Below are positions 51,111-64,000 of a stretch of DNA of 64,000 nt, one piece after another (the stretch's first letter is position 1; every line of letters starts with the position of its first letter). The position numbers were made by a program, and so were the translations under genes. Source of the stretch: Bugula neritina (lineage: Eukaryota; Animalia; Bryozoa); NCBI GenBank assembly GCA_964035545.1, contig OZ037768.1, positions 11,998,741 through 12,062,740 of the forward strand, written 5' to 3'. Below the pieces are notes generated by a model. That model did not search any database and had not been told where the DNA came from. It saw nothing but the letters and a program-made list of their open reading frames with translations.

Positions 51111-52939
51111 TCAATATAAATATTATACAATTTCCAATTATAATAGTAGCATTATGTATAGCTATCGCATGAGGGTCAATGTCGTGGTTGGAAATCAAAC
51201 ATCGAAGTTTTTTCTGGAAAAATCTTATAGATGTATTCTTAGTAAGCTAGACATTCGGTTTGAGTTGGTATTTCAATTTGCCCGTTGGCTTACCCTTAGC
51301 CCTGGCCTTGGGTAGAACTAGATACCCATAAACAATAATGATAATGCAGACTAAGTAGTGCTAACAATGACTATTATCATAATTACTATTATTACTATAA
51401 GTTAATGTATAAGTATAATATCATAGAAAATAATATTATTTTCTATGATGCTTATAGTAGTACTATTATACTGTTTTATTATTCATAATAAGTTTTCAAC
51501 GATATTATTATAATTATTTAATTTTAAGGGCCAAAAAGAATTACATAAACTTAAAGATGTAATACAATTCACGATTACTTTCAAATTAAAGATAAAGTAA
51601 ATCTCACTTGAAGAAACTTTTTTGTGGTTTTCCTTTTAACACTTATTACTTATTAGTGAACTTGTATTATATAACTAATAACTATAAGTATAAGTTGTAT
51701 AAGGTGTACTGATTATTAATATTAAAAAATGAGGTTTAAAAACAAAACATTCACATTGCTGTGATCATTTTGAGTTTTTCAATCAATATCGTTTTTACTA
51801 AAATTACTTACTTTATAACTGAAACTATTATTGTTTGTATATAGATAATGATTTTAAAAAAAGTTGTTTCTTTTTCTACAACTACAATTTCATCAATTGC
51901 AATAACTGTCAGTGTGTAATTTTCACTATTGTTAGAGTAGTTAAGCTGTAAGCATGTTAACTGGCACTTTCACTTCGAATTAATGATCCTAAGTGATACT
52001 GTGTTGTTTACTTTTACAGAAATTGTGACTTGAAACAGTGTTATTGTTGTATTATATATTTGTAATATATTGCGCAGTTAAATAAGGTTATCCACTATAT
52101 CAACTACAATTAGAATGCAAATATTCACCACATTTAAAGTCATAATACTACAATGTATGTAGCATAATGCAAGTTTTATGTGGCCATTACTATGTTAATT
52201 TATCTATTAGCATGTTACTGAATTGTTGTGGGGTGTTGACTTTTTAACTTTTAGTATGTAGACAGCCTTTACATTAGGTTTTATCGAATAAGCTATTTTA
52301 TTGGTTAGTATGTTTTGGTTAAGAGCATCATGATATAGGAAAATTTTTAAGAGGGCACCAATTGTCTCATTTTTATACACGCACACATGCGCGCACACAC
52401 ACGCACATTTTGCATTTTAGTAGTATAGTGTAAGATAGCAATACGTGTATATCATTTTTCGTCATGTATGTTACAAGACAATTTTTTTATCTTTTGAGCT
52501 TCAAATGTTTCATGGAAGGTACTAAACCTAATATAAATATTATAACCTACTGTGTTTTACATGAAGTAGCGTGCAGTAATTTGAACCCTTGTAAACGTGC
52601 ATGGTTTTATGATTTATTTTTGTTGCAGCTAACAGCTTTACAATACATTGATTATATTTTGAATACACATACAACATCAAAACTCTCCTGAATGCTTCAG
52701 AGTTTACACCACACTCTCACATTTATGTGTTCTGCTGCTTTCACATGAAATGTTAGTAATCTTACAATTAATAGATTTCGCATACTATTTATAATGTATT
52801 AAACTGATCATTTGTTATTATTTGTTTTTAAAATGCACACGTCATATTGTTTTGCATATTATATTAGCTTTATATTTTTTTTATATAATCAGTTATAATT
52901 TTCTGTTTTAATAGTAACGGAAAATGTGTGTTTTGTAGG

Positions 52940-55900
52940 AACAAGCAGAACATTAGAAAAGACTACATCTCCAAGGTAAGGCGGTGTACAAATCAAGTTT
53001 TAGAAACTTTGGTTTTCTTTTTTCATGTAATGAAGTTTTTAACTTTAAGAATTTTAGATTTGTTTGTATGGGATTTTATTTTTTTTATAATTGAAATTTT
53101 GTCAAACAGCATATCTTAACTAAAGTTAGGTAACTTGACTTGATGAAATTTTGAATATAGTAGATTGGCTATTTGCAGAGTAGACATAACTATAATTTTA
53201 CAGACAGCTAACTTATGATTGTAACTGACCTCCATGAATTGGTTTAATTTTGAGTTATATGATGTTGTCTAAAAGGCTGTGCTTCTGAGAGCATAATAAA
53301 ATACGTTTCAGTGATTCGTGTTGCTTTGTAGCAAATATGTATCGTGTAATGTGGAAATGTATAATATTGTCAAATTACAAAAAAACAGTGTCCTAAACAC
53401 CTTTCACAATATAATAACTGATAGTGGCAACTGATTTCTTACCTTTTTAAACTTGCCCATCAAAGAGTGTAAATACAGCCACTCTGGTTTAGAATCTCCT
53501 GACAACTAATACTATTTAAAGTATTATTTAGTGGTGAAAAACTATCTGCTCTAAAAGCATAGTTTATTCACCATTTCAGTCCTTGTAATTTTGAATTAGC
53601 ACATTATTTTGACTAAAACTATGAGTTTAAATCTATTTCAGATGACTCATAATGGAGGTCTGGAAGTTGTAGAGCCTGGAAGTCCTGGTAGCTTATTGCA
53701 AATACTTTGTGTCTGAGTTCTGCTGCGTTAAAAGTTTTTTCTGTATTTTGAAAACTTCAGTTTTACAATCTGCAAAAGCTTTTCTGAGTGCAAAGATGAT
53801 GAGTTTTCTTAGGATAGTCTTTTAGTAACATTTTATTACGAAATGTAAAAGCTGCTTTATTAGCAAGCATGCAATTTCTGTACAATAATTTTTCTCTACT
53901 ACTATCAGCAATTTTGCATCTGATTTTTAAGACTTTATTATAGTTTCAAGATGTTTCATTGTGAAAAGTAGGAAAATGATATTCAGTGATATCCATTTTC
54001 ATATTTACACTTTTCCATTCAGTTTGGTTTTCTGCATATTGTAATTACTTTGTTAATTTTTCAGGGAATCAATCTCCTCAATCTCGCCCTTCAAGCAGTA
54101 AGCGAGCTCCTCCTCCACAGTGAGTTTGATTTATAAATAACTTGTAAAAAAAAATATCCAATATCATTAAAAATTCCAAATGACATTGATTTTTTTCTAG
54201 CAGTTTTATCAAGTGTTGGAAATTTTTGATATTGCTGAATTGTGAAAATAATGTAAGTTATGATGATTATTTTGGGTAATTTCAGTGGTTTCAAACATGG
54301 CTCTGCAGTAGTTAATGGAAAAGCTTTGCCCACTATAGAAAAATCATTAGTGACAGTAAAGCGGAAAGAATCCCAAAGGTACTTTGAAGTATTTATATTT
54401 ACAATACAATATATAGAAAAAAGTCTGCTAAAATTATTAACTTATAAATGAAGCATTTGAATTAGATTAAATGTTCAAATGTTGATGTGTTGCTACTAAT
54501 AACAATTGAACTTTGCCTGTATACTTTATGCATGTGCATATTTTTAAACATTAAAATGCCTTGTGATTCTAAACTATTGATGCCATGTAATTCATTTCAC
54601 CACATTATAATCATTCAAAAACTTTGATGCATTTATGACAAAACTTTGTGTTGTAATCTTATAACTAAGTTATTTTGAACTGAAATAAAATGAAAACTTT
54701 CAAAGTGTAAGCATTGTTTGAAAGCAATTATCAAAAAATATTTTTGCTACCAACTGTAATATCATGTTTATTTATAAACTAAATATGTATTTAATTTGTC
54801 AGTAATCTCTCATCAGATCTAAACAACCTCCAATTAAATGGTGAAGATGATGGAGATATCATTGCAATGGCAAAGTAAGTTAACTTATTATGATTGCCTC
54901 CTTGTAAAATTATGTTGCTTGACGCTAGCTTTTGTGTTTTCTGGATAAATTTTTTTGTTAAATTGCTGTTTTTTATTATTGTTCAGCCATTATTTTAGTT
55001 TGGATGGTGCTTCAGCCTTATCAGGAATTACAAATAAAGTGCAAGCTAAAGGTTCACAAGCTAATAGCTCTAATAATAATAAAGATGCAGGTAATTATAC
55101 AAAGTGTTAATTTATTAATAAATTCAAACAGTATGTGCTTGCTAAGTAAATCTATTCTAGATTTAAATGAATTTTTTTTAAATTTTACATCTTCTACCAT
55201 CTAGAACTTTTTAGTCACTACGCAAAAAGCTTAAAATTTTGCTACAGTCTAGAAATTTCATCTCTCACAACATTAAGGGACAAAAGTAGTCGACAATGTA
55301 CCATTAAAATGTCACTTACCTTTCCATAGTGTGTTCAAATGATACCTCCGTCCTCCTATAGCATGGAGTTTACGTGTTTGATGCACATTTATTAGCAGTA
55401 GCATCAGTAGATTGCAAGCTTTCTTTTGATATGACTAGTTTGGCGGAAGTGGTAGAACATCTTGAAAGACTTTTTATAGTAAGCTAACATGCTGGTAAAC
55501 TTCAATTCAACTGATTCGGTGATAGCTCTCATACAAAGCTACACTTTGATATTAGGTTAAGCTGAAATTAAATGTACTTGTTGAAGAATGTACTGCTAGT
55601 TGTTCATAGAGAGACTTTTCCTTCCAGATTCAGACACAGATGACAGCTCTGGGGAGGACGAGGAGCTAAAAGCTCCAAATGAGCTGATTATGGAATTTTT
55701 GCAATGTGTTATGACAGATGACATAGAAAATGGGTTAAAATTATGTAAAATGAGTAAGTATTGTATATTATGTGGCAACATAATCCCTTTTCATGTATGA
55801 CGCTTTTTGCTTTCAGTTTATATTTTTTTCAGATAAATATTTTGTTAACTGCTGAATTATTCGTTTGAACTAAAACTCAAACTGTATTATTAAAATTTAA

Positions 55901-58260
55901 AGCTCCTCTGTTGCAGTTCTTTTGTATGAGCCCAATAATTCTCGGGCTTTGAACTTCCTTCCTGTCCTGGAAGAGAAGTTAGCTCAAGGTTAGTCAGTAC
56001 AGCTATTCAATTATTCACTTTTTATACAAAATTTGTAGTTCTTTAGACAAAATTAATTTGTTTATTGGGATACATACATGTCTAATAATACATACACACA
56101 CCAGTACTAGTACTTCTAACTTTTCACCAGCGCTAAGCTAATATCTATTGACACACTAGGCTACATTTACTATGCAATTTAAACTTCACCTGTTTAACAT
56201 TGGTGTAATATTGTGTTACATGTCTATAAAAGTTGAAATTATAAGTTTCAATAGCTTATAACAGTTTTTGCATGCATTAGACACCTAATATAAGAACTAT
56301 TTTATTTAATTGCAGTATTTTGTTATTGTTAATGTTAATTAAAATTCTGCTTTTTTGGGGTAAATAACCAATAGAACGACTTGTCTGTATTAATTCAAAC
56401 AACAATATTCATCAATTAAACTACATATAGCTTTGTCCTGGGCACTAATTTTGTGTGTTGAAAAACATTTATTTTACTGAGTTCTTGAGCTATCCATTTT
56501 TTGGCACTATAATAAAAATATAATAGAATGATATTATATTATTTCAATTTCCTAATGTAGCATTTGAATTTATGGTTTGTATTTTGTGTTAAACATGTGT
56601 ATGCAAAAAATAGTCTCAGCAAAATGATTTACTTTGATTTTTTTCTAATAGCTACAAGAGTATTTATATGTACAAGTCTGAGTTTGTTATCTAGATAAAA
56701 GAAACGAAGAAGAATCAGATAGTGATGACGACGATAGTGATGACGACGAAGACGATAGCGATGATGACGACAGCAGCGATGATGACGACAGCGACGATGA
56801 CAGTGAAGAAGAATCCAGGTAATATTTCAACTTTGCATACATTTTTGTTAGAATCACATATATATTATAGTCAGCAGCAAAATATTTTGTCCCTTAATTT
56901 GAGATACTATAATGAAGGAAAGTATTTCTATATTTCAAATGCTTTGCATGTGGAGGAAATATGCAAGAAACATTCAACATACACGTGCAGTAACAATACA
57001 AGGCTAGTGCATGGCCATAATTGCAAATTATAAAGCACAACATCAAAGATTAGCATGATGTTATGCAACAACTATAGAGCTGCTTTATCTTTCAAGATAT
57101 ATCTGTTTAGTGATGCAATTACGTTTTTGGGAATGCAACTATACCTTGCAAGATAAATGCTTGATATTATGTTTTTGTTCCGTCAATTTAGATTTTAAAC
57201 TAATTTGTGTATTTAGTAACATATTTGTTATACACTATGATTATAGCTGCCAGGGGGTCTGTTTTTTGATAAAAAATTGGGCATGCGGGCAAAGCAGTTA
57301 AACATAGAACTAATTTGCAAAAATATTATTTTAGAAGTTGTAAAAGCTTGTTTTCAGCAGTTTATATCATGACGTTGGTGCTTCCTCACTTCATCAATTA
57401 GTTTTTTGTTGCATGCAGGATAAGCTCTCTGGAAGGTGCATGTGAAATAAGACCCTTTAGTAGTGGCTTTACTAGCACAGCATGCTTGAAAACAACTATA
57501 GATGTCTGTTGGAAAATTTTAGTTATAATTTATTATCCTGGTATGGGTTTGTTATGTTGTTTCAGGCTATATTTATGTAAAATAAGTATTGAGAAAAATA
57601 ATAAGCTGTTGCAATATTGAGGTATTATGAGTTGTCTTCTTTTTGTAGATCCATATGAAATAGTAAAAATAAGTATTAAAATAATTAAATTTCTGCACTT
57701 CAAAAGGCTAAACATTTTGAGGTCTTAAGGCAATAATTTTATAGCATAAAAATTATTTAATAATTAGGGCCTGTATCAAGTTCTTGAAAAAGTTGTTTTT
57801 GCAAGTTTTGTTTAAGAGCATGAAATTCTTTTGCATACTTTTTCTATTTGCTATTTATGAATGCTTATATATATAACATGATTGTAGATTACAATTCTTT
57901 TATGTATTGAAAAAGACACCCTCAAATATTTCTTTTGCAAATGAAAGTTACTGAAACTGCCTAATTGATGTTGTAGGTATTTACTAATGTAAATAGTGAA
58001 GCCAGCTGTATTAGCAAAGAAATATTTTTTGTTTTAGTAAAAACATTTAACGTTGAAATAATTTGAATGGTTGTTTCTGGTTAGTTTAGCTAAATTGTTA
58101 TAATATAACTTCAAAATATGTTCTAGATTGACATCATGACTAACGTCATACAGTTATTATACTTGAGAGTTTTGTGTTTAGCACTGATGGAGAAGATGAT
58201 ACAATACAAGCAAGTGGTCCTGCAGCACCTCAAGGTGGAGATAATCATGCAGCTAGGTAG
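52940..58260 (+). CDS. ERICH2: Glutamate-rich protein 2-like (ERICH2-like); exact start uncertain
   Basis: In-phase exons at ~52940-52975, 53642-53687, 54065-54119, 54286-54378, 54803-54874, 54999-55090, 55629-55753, 55917-55988, 56695-56818, 58182-58260. Core KAPNELIMEFLQCVMTDDIENGLKLCKMILLYEPNNSRALNFLPVLEEKL resembles the ERICH2 conserved block (APLEL..EFL...AKKLCQMILIYEPEN), followed by a D/S/E-rich acidic tail. Confidence 0.8.
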
Positions 58261-59527
58261 CACGAAATCAACATGACTGAATAGGCTGCATTATTATAGC
58301 AGTTTGATTTATGGGCATTTACAAATTTAGTGTAAGCATGCTAAATTTTTTTTTCAAATTTAGCTCTGCATTCAAAACAAGTTTTTATTCTTTTAGTTTA
58401 TTTAGCAATGATTGAAATAACTGAGTATTTAATTTTATTGCATTCACTGCAGACTATGATGTTATTACAGGCTCTCATATTTTGTACAACAGTCTTGTAA
58501 TCTCTGTATAAAATCAATCACTTTGTTTTTATATTATATGAATATACATGTAAAAATATATTATATATTTAAATAGTATTATATATTGAATACATTGTGT
58601 AATATATGTATTCAAAGCCCCTTAATTTTATTTTCCGTATATAATCTTGTTGCACATAATAGCAGTTGTTTGGTATAGCTATGATATATTACATAAATGG
58701 AATTGATTATATGTAACAGTATTATACCTTTAATGAGACTTGAAAGATATGGCGCCAACACAAGTCTCAGGGATTGAGTACTGAGCACCTGTTTACTATA
58801 GGCTACATCTAGTGGTGCTATATGATCTTAATGTCATTCTAAGTAAAGTGTCTACACATTGCGGTGTATATAAAGTAATTGACTGTATTGTGGCTACTAT
58901 AAATAATTTGTAATTGAGTTCTAAAGATACACCTTACTGAGTTATATATGTGTATAAAATATGCATTTGAAATGTTGGGTTCTGCATTGTTAAACTGGTA
59001 TAAATTCATATAACAATATGATCAATATAATTTCAAGTGTCTCCAAATTTTGTGTCAATAAAATATTTTTAATTTAGGCATTACAATTGCAAGCCGAATC
59101 AGTTTTGCTGTTTTTAATGATATTTGGCACAGGCATGTATGTGTTATAAATATCTTAATGAAACATTGTGATTTATAAGTGTTATATTAATTATCAATGA
59201 TTTGAATATACTTACTTCTTGTACATGCATTCTAACAATTTTATATAGACATAGCTATGTATGTGTATGGTATGTATTGAGGTTTATATTAATGACCTGT
59301 ATTTTACTTGTTACCTTAATTCTGTACGTAACTGGTGAAACAGTTTAGAAATTAACTTGGAGTTGCAACATTTTAAGAAATAAAGATTATAATTTGGATA
59401 ATTTCTACATAGTTGATTCCACAGTGTTAATGCAATGTTGCAATTATGTCCAAGTGTCCCCATGCTATATCTGGCTAACTAACTAATACAAATACAAGTA
59501 ACTACATAAATTGAATGTATGTTAACG

Positions 59528-59663
59528 TACTACTACTACTACTACTACTACTACTGCTACTGCTGCTACTACTAGTACTACTACTACTACTGCTACTGCT
59601 ACTACTACTACTGCTACTACTACTACTAGTACTACTACTAGTACTAGTACTACACACTAGTAC

Positions 59664-59725
<62 letters not shown>

Positions 59726-59754
59726 ATAGTAGTAGTAGTAGTACTAGTAGTAGT
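59528..59754. repeat. Inverted trinucleotide microsatellite (TAC)n-(TAG)n
   Basis: ~125 bp of CTA/CTG repeats followed, after a few bases, by ~100 bp of TAG repeats. The halves are reverse complements. Confidence 0.95.
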
Positions 59755-59756
59755 GA

Positions 59757-60190
59757 GCGTTTAGTAGCTGGATACAACTCGCCTTCCTGGTCTCTACTTT
59801 GGCACTGTGGCGCAACCCACCACCTCCTGGCTCGTTTCTCATTGATTGATTCGTCTTCCTCATCGTCATAAAATAACATATAAGCTGCAGCTGCTAAAAT
59901 TTGTTGATCTTTTCTAGCCATTTCACGTGTGAAAAGAATGTATATTATAATAATGCCGATGTATGTTTACTCAGTTTACTATGCTAATGCACGTGAAACT
60001 AATCTTGAATTTTGCGCATGAACCTAAAAGAAAGTTGTATAGACTGAGAGCCATCCGCCAATAAAACGCAAGCAGAAAATTAACCCGGGAAATAAAAATT
60101 GCCTAGAAAATCAGTCGATTTTTCAATCAGCAATAGCGAAATCGAGAAGTACAAAATCGGCTGAAAAAATCAGCGTGTGTACATGTAGCT
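59757..60190 (-). mobile_element. Truncated PIF/Harbinger-like transposon 5' end (terminus plus transposase N-terminus)
   Basis: Minus-strand ORF from 59921, MARKDQQILAAAAYMLFYDDEEDESINEKRARRWWVAPQCQSRDQEG, matches the typical RRWWVxP..xRxxxG start of Harbinger DDE nucleases. Terminus AGCTACATGTACACACG (minus) next to TTA/TAA at 60191-60193, with subterminal AAATC(A/G)G repeats. The ORF is cut off by a microsatellite. Confidence 0.65.
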
Positions 60191-61244
60191 TAACCGTGCA
60201 ATAGCTAATATCCATATTATAATATTTTGTTATAGATACTATACAGATCTTACAAATTCATTTTATAAAAGTAGGTACACATACCTGTAGAATGAAAAAT
60301 AAAATATGTTAAGGTTTTGCTTCCTCTGCACTTTTCCGCAGATCCCAATGGTTAGGAACACAACTCCAACAATCTGAAGATTCTGCTTCATCTTTTATTA
60401 GTGCACAAAAGATGTTTTCTGTATGCTTAGAACAGACAGCATTTGCAGTTCTATTTATAGTTAAAGGCTATTTTGTGGGTTTAATGTCAGAGATTGGGGG
60501 CAAAGGTGACACTTTATGAAAGCAGTAAAATTTGACATGGTTGAATGACTCAATACCATAATTATGTACTTTAAAACAATTATCATATAATAATGGAAGC
60601 TTTTATTTATTAATTAGTAATGATGCTGGCAATATTATAAATAGTTCAATGATAAGAAAGCAACTATAAACATGCATTTACCTAAGTTGAGTACTTGGAA
60701 TTAGTTAGATAAGAATAAGAAGCAAGAACTCATAAATGTATGTCTCTAGTGTAGATAATACTTTATCGAGTGTAGTCAGATGAGTTTTATCTGCTATGAG
60801 TCTACAAAACATGGAATATACCTCATGCTGTTTGATTGTTAAAACATATTTGTTTTTGGTGTTTATAATAACTTGAGCAACATGTAGTTTATGTGGATCA
60901 ACATATTAATATGATTAGAGATACGATGAACTATAATAAATTACCGCTTTTTGGTATAAGTTTGAGTTTTATTGAATGGGCTACTATAAAAGCACTAACA
61001 GCCATCAAGTTTATTATATTTTTGCCTTATGGAATGAAATTCATAATTCAGTAAATGTAATACTGTTGTGATTTTGTGGATCATAAGAATAGACTAGTAG
61101 TCTGCATGCCAGTTATTGTGATAGAAATAAAGAGTCTTGATTAAAATGAATCTATGAGTATTTATTACTTCTGACTTCTTCGAGCTCCAGTACAAGAATG
61201 AATTAACTTTGAAAAGCTTCGCACTTATATACGGGGGAATTCCC

Positions 61245-61377
61245 GCCACTAATGAGGGGCCGAAACTCGTGCGAACGTCGGGGTTCCGCCGACCGACATC
61301 GGAGGGAGTACTGCCCGATCTCGGGCAGGTCCCTCCGACATCGTGTCTTCGGTCTCCGACTTCGCACGAGTCTCGGC
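61245..61377 (+). ncRNA. Type I hammerhead ribozyme-like motif (variant core) with long rod-like stem III
   Basis: CTAATGA (61249-61255; canonical is CUGANGA), 1-bp stem II G-GGGC-C, GAAA (61262-61265), stem III CTCGTGCGAA...TTCGCACGAG, GTC triplet at 61370-61372, weak stem I GCCA/TCGGC. Confidence 0.55.
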
Positions 61378-61749
61378 TTACATATAATAAAAAGAAAACG
61401 AGTGCGAGGGAATACAACTCACAAAAACTATTACAGTAAACAAACAAAAATAATAGGAAGGGCAATTCACAATCATTACGCTATTTACTACACTAAGCTT
61501 AGCTATAATTACAATATTTGAGGCATTAGAAAGCTACGCAAGGAGCTTAGCTATAATTACAGCATTTACAGTATTTACAAAGTTACGCTAAGTCCATTAT
61601 AATAGTGACGCGATATAATTACTAGAGCGTTAAAGGCCGTAAGCATCCAGATTATTTATTACATTTGAGCAAAAGTTTGCATGCTTTTCAACTGTTTTAT
61701 CAGCATTTCATCCAATTTCTTATACGAAAACACTACAAAAATGCAAGTA

Positions 61750-63880
61750 AAAGTGGTCACATTAGGTGTCTTAGACTTGCCCAGACTTGCCCGCGAGCTT
61801 GCCCTCCGTGTCCTATTCTGACGTGGGGATGGCAAAATAGCCCTATTGTAGCGTGAGTTTATATCGCTTAAAGTTATTAAAGGCGGGTTTGTCTCAGATT
61901 CTCGTCATTCGTAGCTCAAATCACATGAATGTTACTCTTCGGGTGGCTACTAACACTGAGCTGGAATAGCTGGAATATTATTGAGTTCGATGGCTACTAA
62001 TAACTAACGTTAGCTACGCAACATCAAGAAAGGTAACTAATTTGACTGTTTTCAAATGGACTATTCCATTTCGCTGGTTTGTAACTTGCTGTAAATCACA
62101 AAATAATTATCTTCCCTATTTTAATTTCAATTATCACGTCGACCACACTACCAGAAAATTACTTTTAAATATGCAGTAAATGATGATTTTCAACCGTTTT
62201 GTGATGAATTATAGGTTAGTAGTTGTCTACGTAAAATCAAGTTTTAAAATTTGTAACTGAATCAGTGAATCACAGTATCAGTATGAGTATGACTATGAAT
62301 ATCACTATGTCTATGACTCTCACTCAGTCTATGACTATCGCCTATTGGTGAACTATTAGTATTTTTAATAATATTCAATGGTTATATTTATTAATACTAT
62401 TAATAATCATAATGATAATCATATGACATTCGACAATATCAGTATGTTACGGAGCAGGATCAGTTTCGAAACTAATACTAATAGTAATACTTATAATATT
62501 AGTTATAACTATAAGTATAAGTTATATCGATAGCAATATTAATATAAATATTTATATTCATAGTAATATTAATAGCAAATGTAATATTATTATGTTGATA
62601 GTTATACTTGTAAGTTATAGTATAAAGCAAACGAAACAAGTATTAATTTGAACTGCTGGTCTTAAAATAAAAAATAAAATAAATATAAATAATAAATTAT
62701 AATAATTTAATTATACTAATACTAATAGTAATAGCAATACTTTTACAGTAATATAATTATAATAAATTTATAAAACCCAAACAACTTTAAATTTAATGAA
62801 CAACTTTAAATACAAACATAAAGATAATATTAAATAATTATATAATCATAATGATCATAACAATAAATATGATTCCAATAATTACCAATTTATTATATAA
62901 TATTTAAATTATTTTAATTTATAATAATAATCATAATTTTTATAGTTATAGTGAATAAATTCAATATGACATAATTACTATAATATAAAGCAGTCAGTCT
63001 ATCTCTAATGCTGACTGATATTCAGATTGTTATGACTGTATCATTATTCACTAACTCTAAGAGTAAGTGACTACAATTATTAGTATCAATGTTGTGTTAG
63101 AGTACTATACCCATTGGAATTTTGATAAATCCATTATATTTACAACTCTGCCTGTTACAGCTATTAATAAATTGAACCAAAATACCAACAGTGCCTAATC
63201 ATCGCCTTATTTGTAAAATAATCACTATCATAATGCTCAAGTTAGTAGATTGGAAATTATTGAAAATTATATTGATGCCAATATAACTATGACATTGCAT
63301 GCATCCAAGTAGTGATGTTGTAATATATCTTGGAAGATAATTACATTATAATGAGAGTTAAATTCCTCTAAGTAACTTTTTTGCAATTATTCCTTAGAAT
63401 AACTATAACTTATACTCCTAATATTTAGTAGCGCATTAGTTTTAGATTGAGCTACTAATTGTATTTATTGCATGTGAAGGTTAGTTATTCTCCATTAGCT
63501 GCATGAATGTGACTGGTAAATTTTGTAACCTTTGGCAGTAATAACTCTATAGCATAAATTAGACACATTTTTATAAAAATACATGATTGCTATAGCTGCT
63601 AGTAATTCTAATGGGTGAAATAATATTACTTTCACCAGCATTAATTTTTACTTTGTTCATGCTTCATGAAGCATTTTCTAAATTCTTTTTTAAATAAATT
63701 TCTACAATACATATAATGTGCTGAATAGACTACATATGTTGGGGTTCTTCCTTTACTGCAGCTCAGCCTACACTCCCGCCACAAATGTTCCTAAACTACT
63801 AGCTTCATCAGGACACAGGTTGATGGAGCTGTATTGATAGAAACTTCTCTTTTTAGCAGTAGAGGCATCATGGAAAATGG
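61750..63880 (+). other. Probable 5' end (promoter, non-coding exon(s), first intron) of a gene continuing past the right edge
   Basis: CpG-containing patch at 61750-62150. Donor-like AAG|GTAACT (~62032) and TAG|GTTAGT (~62215). Acceptor CTTTACTGCAG (~63761) followed by an exon-like stretch ending ATGGAAAATG|GCAAGT. Confidence 0.3.
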
Positions 63881-64000
63881 CAAGTATTTTACTCAATAAG
63901 AATGCGGTTTTTTACTTCTACAAATTTGATAGCCTACACTATTCTATTTAAATGGAGACTGGTCTGACATAATGTGTCTGCAATTTATTAGTTATAATAT

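Noticed and set aside
59515-59871. Poly-Leu/poly-Ser ORFs on both strands
   Set aside because: Products of the (TAC)n/(TAG)n microsatellite.
60342-60420. Exon-like segment (CCGCAG acceptor, GTATGC donor) downstream of the ERICH2-like gene
   Set aside because: No recognisable peptide and no gene it can be assigned to without transcript data.
61234-61244. GGGGAATTCCC resembling an NF-kB site
   Set aside because: A single short palindrome at the edge of a probable repeat element; no supporting context.
40645-61380. Functional coupling between the RNA ligase gene and the hammerhead-like element
   Set aside because: They are ~16 kb apart with two unrelated genes between. Linkage carries little meaning in an animal genome, and hammerhead ends (2',3'-cyclic phosphate, 5'-OH) would need healing enzymes not encoded here.
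61094-61521. Three overlapping ORFs of 76-123 aa
   Set aside because: Open only because of the GC-rich hairpin; no recognisable protein motifs or splice support.
61880-61916. Minus-strand ATGACGAG-AAT-CTGAGAC, vaguely hammerhead-like
   Set aside because: Both core boxes deviate and no stems I or III can be formed.

Overview
AT-rich, intron-rich animal genomic DNA (invertebrate; a lophotrochozoan look is my inference, not proven). Reading exons across GT-AG introns gives five protein genes. (1) BRPF/peregrin-like chromatin scaffold on the minus strand, running off the left edge. (2) A complete ADAMTS9/20/GON-1-type metalloprotease on the plus strand with about 22 TSP1 repeats. (3) An 11-coding-exon, 442-aa minus-strand gene, mostly missed by the ORF track, carrying the motif set of an ATP-dependent T4 Rnl1/fungal Trl1-type RNA ligase. 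(4) A 107-aa single-TM COX14-like protein on the minus strand. (5) An ERICH2-like gene on the plus strand. A further plus-strand gene probably starts near 62 kb. Non-coding highlights: a GC-rich multibranch-folding island in the inferred first intron of the ligase gene; a hammerhead-ribozyme-like core whose stem III is a ~105-nt rod; a Harbinger MITE and a truncated Harbinger; tRNA-SINE remnants; and a recurrent 'micro-palindrome, stop-codon-rich' sequence texture just inside the 5' end of almost every gene. All calls come from manual reading; no database searches were run.
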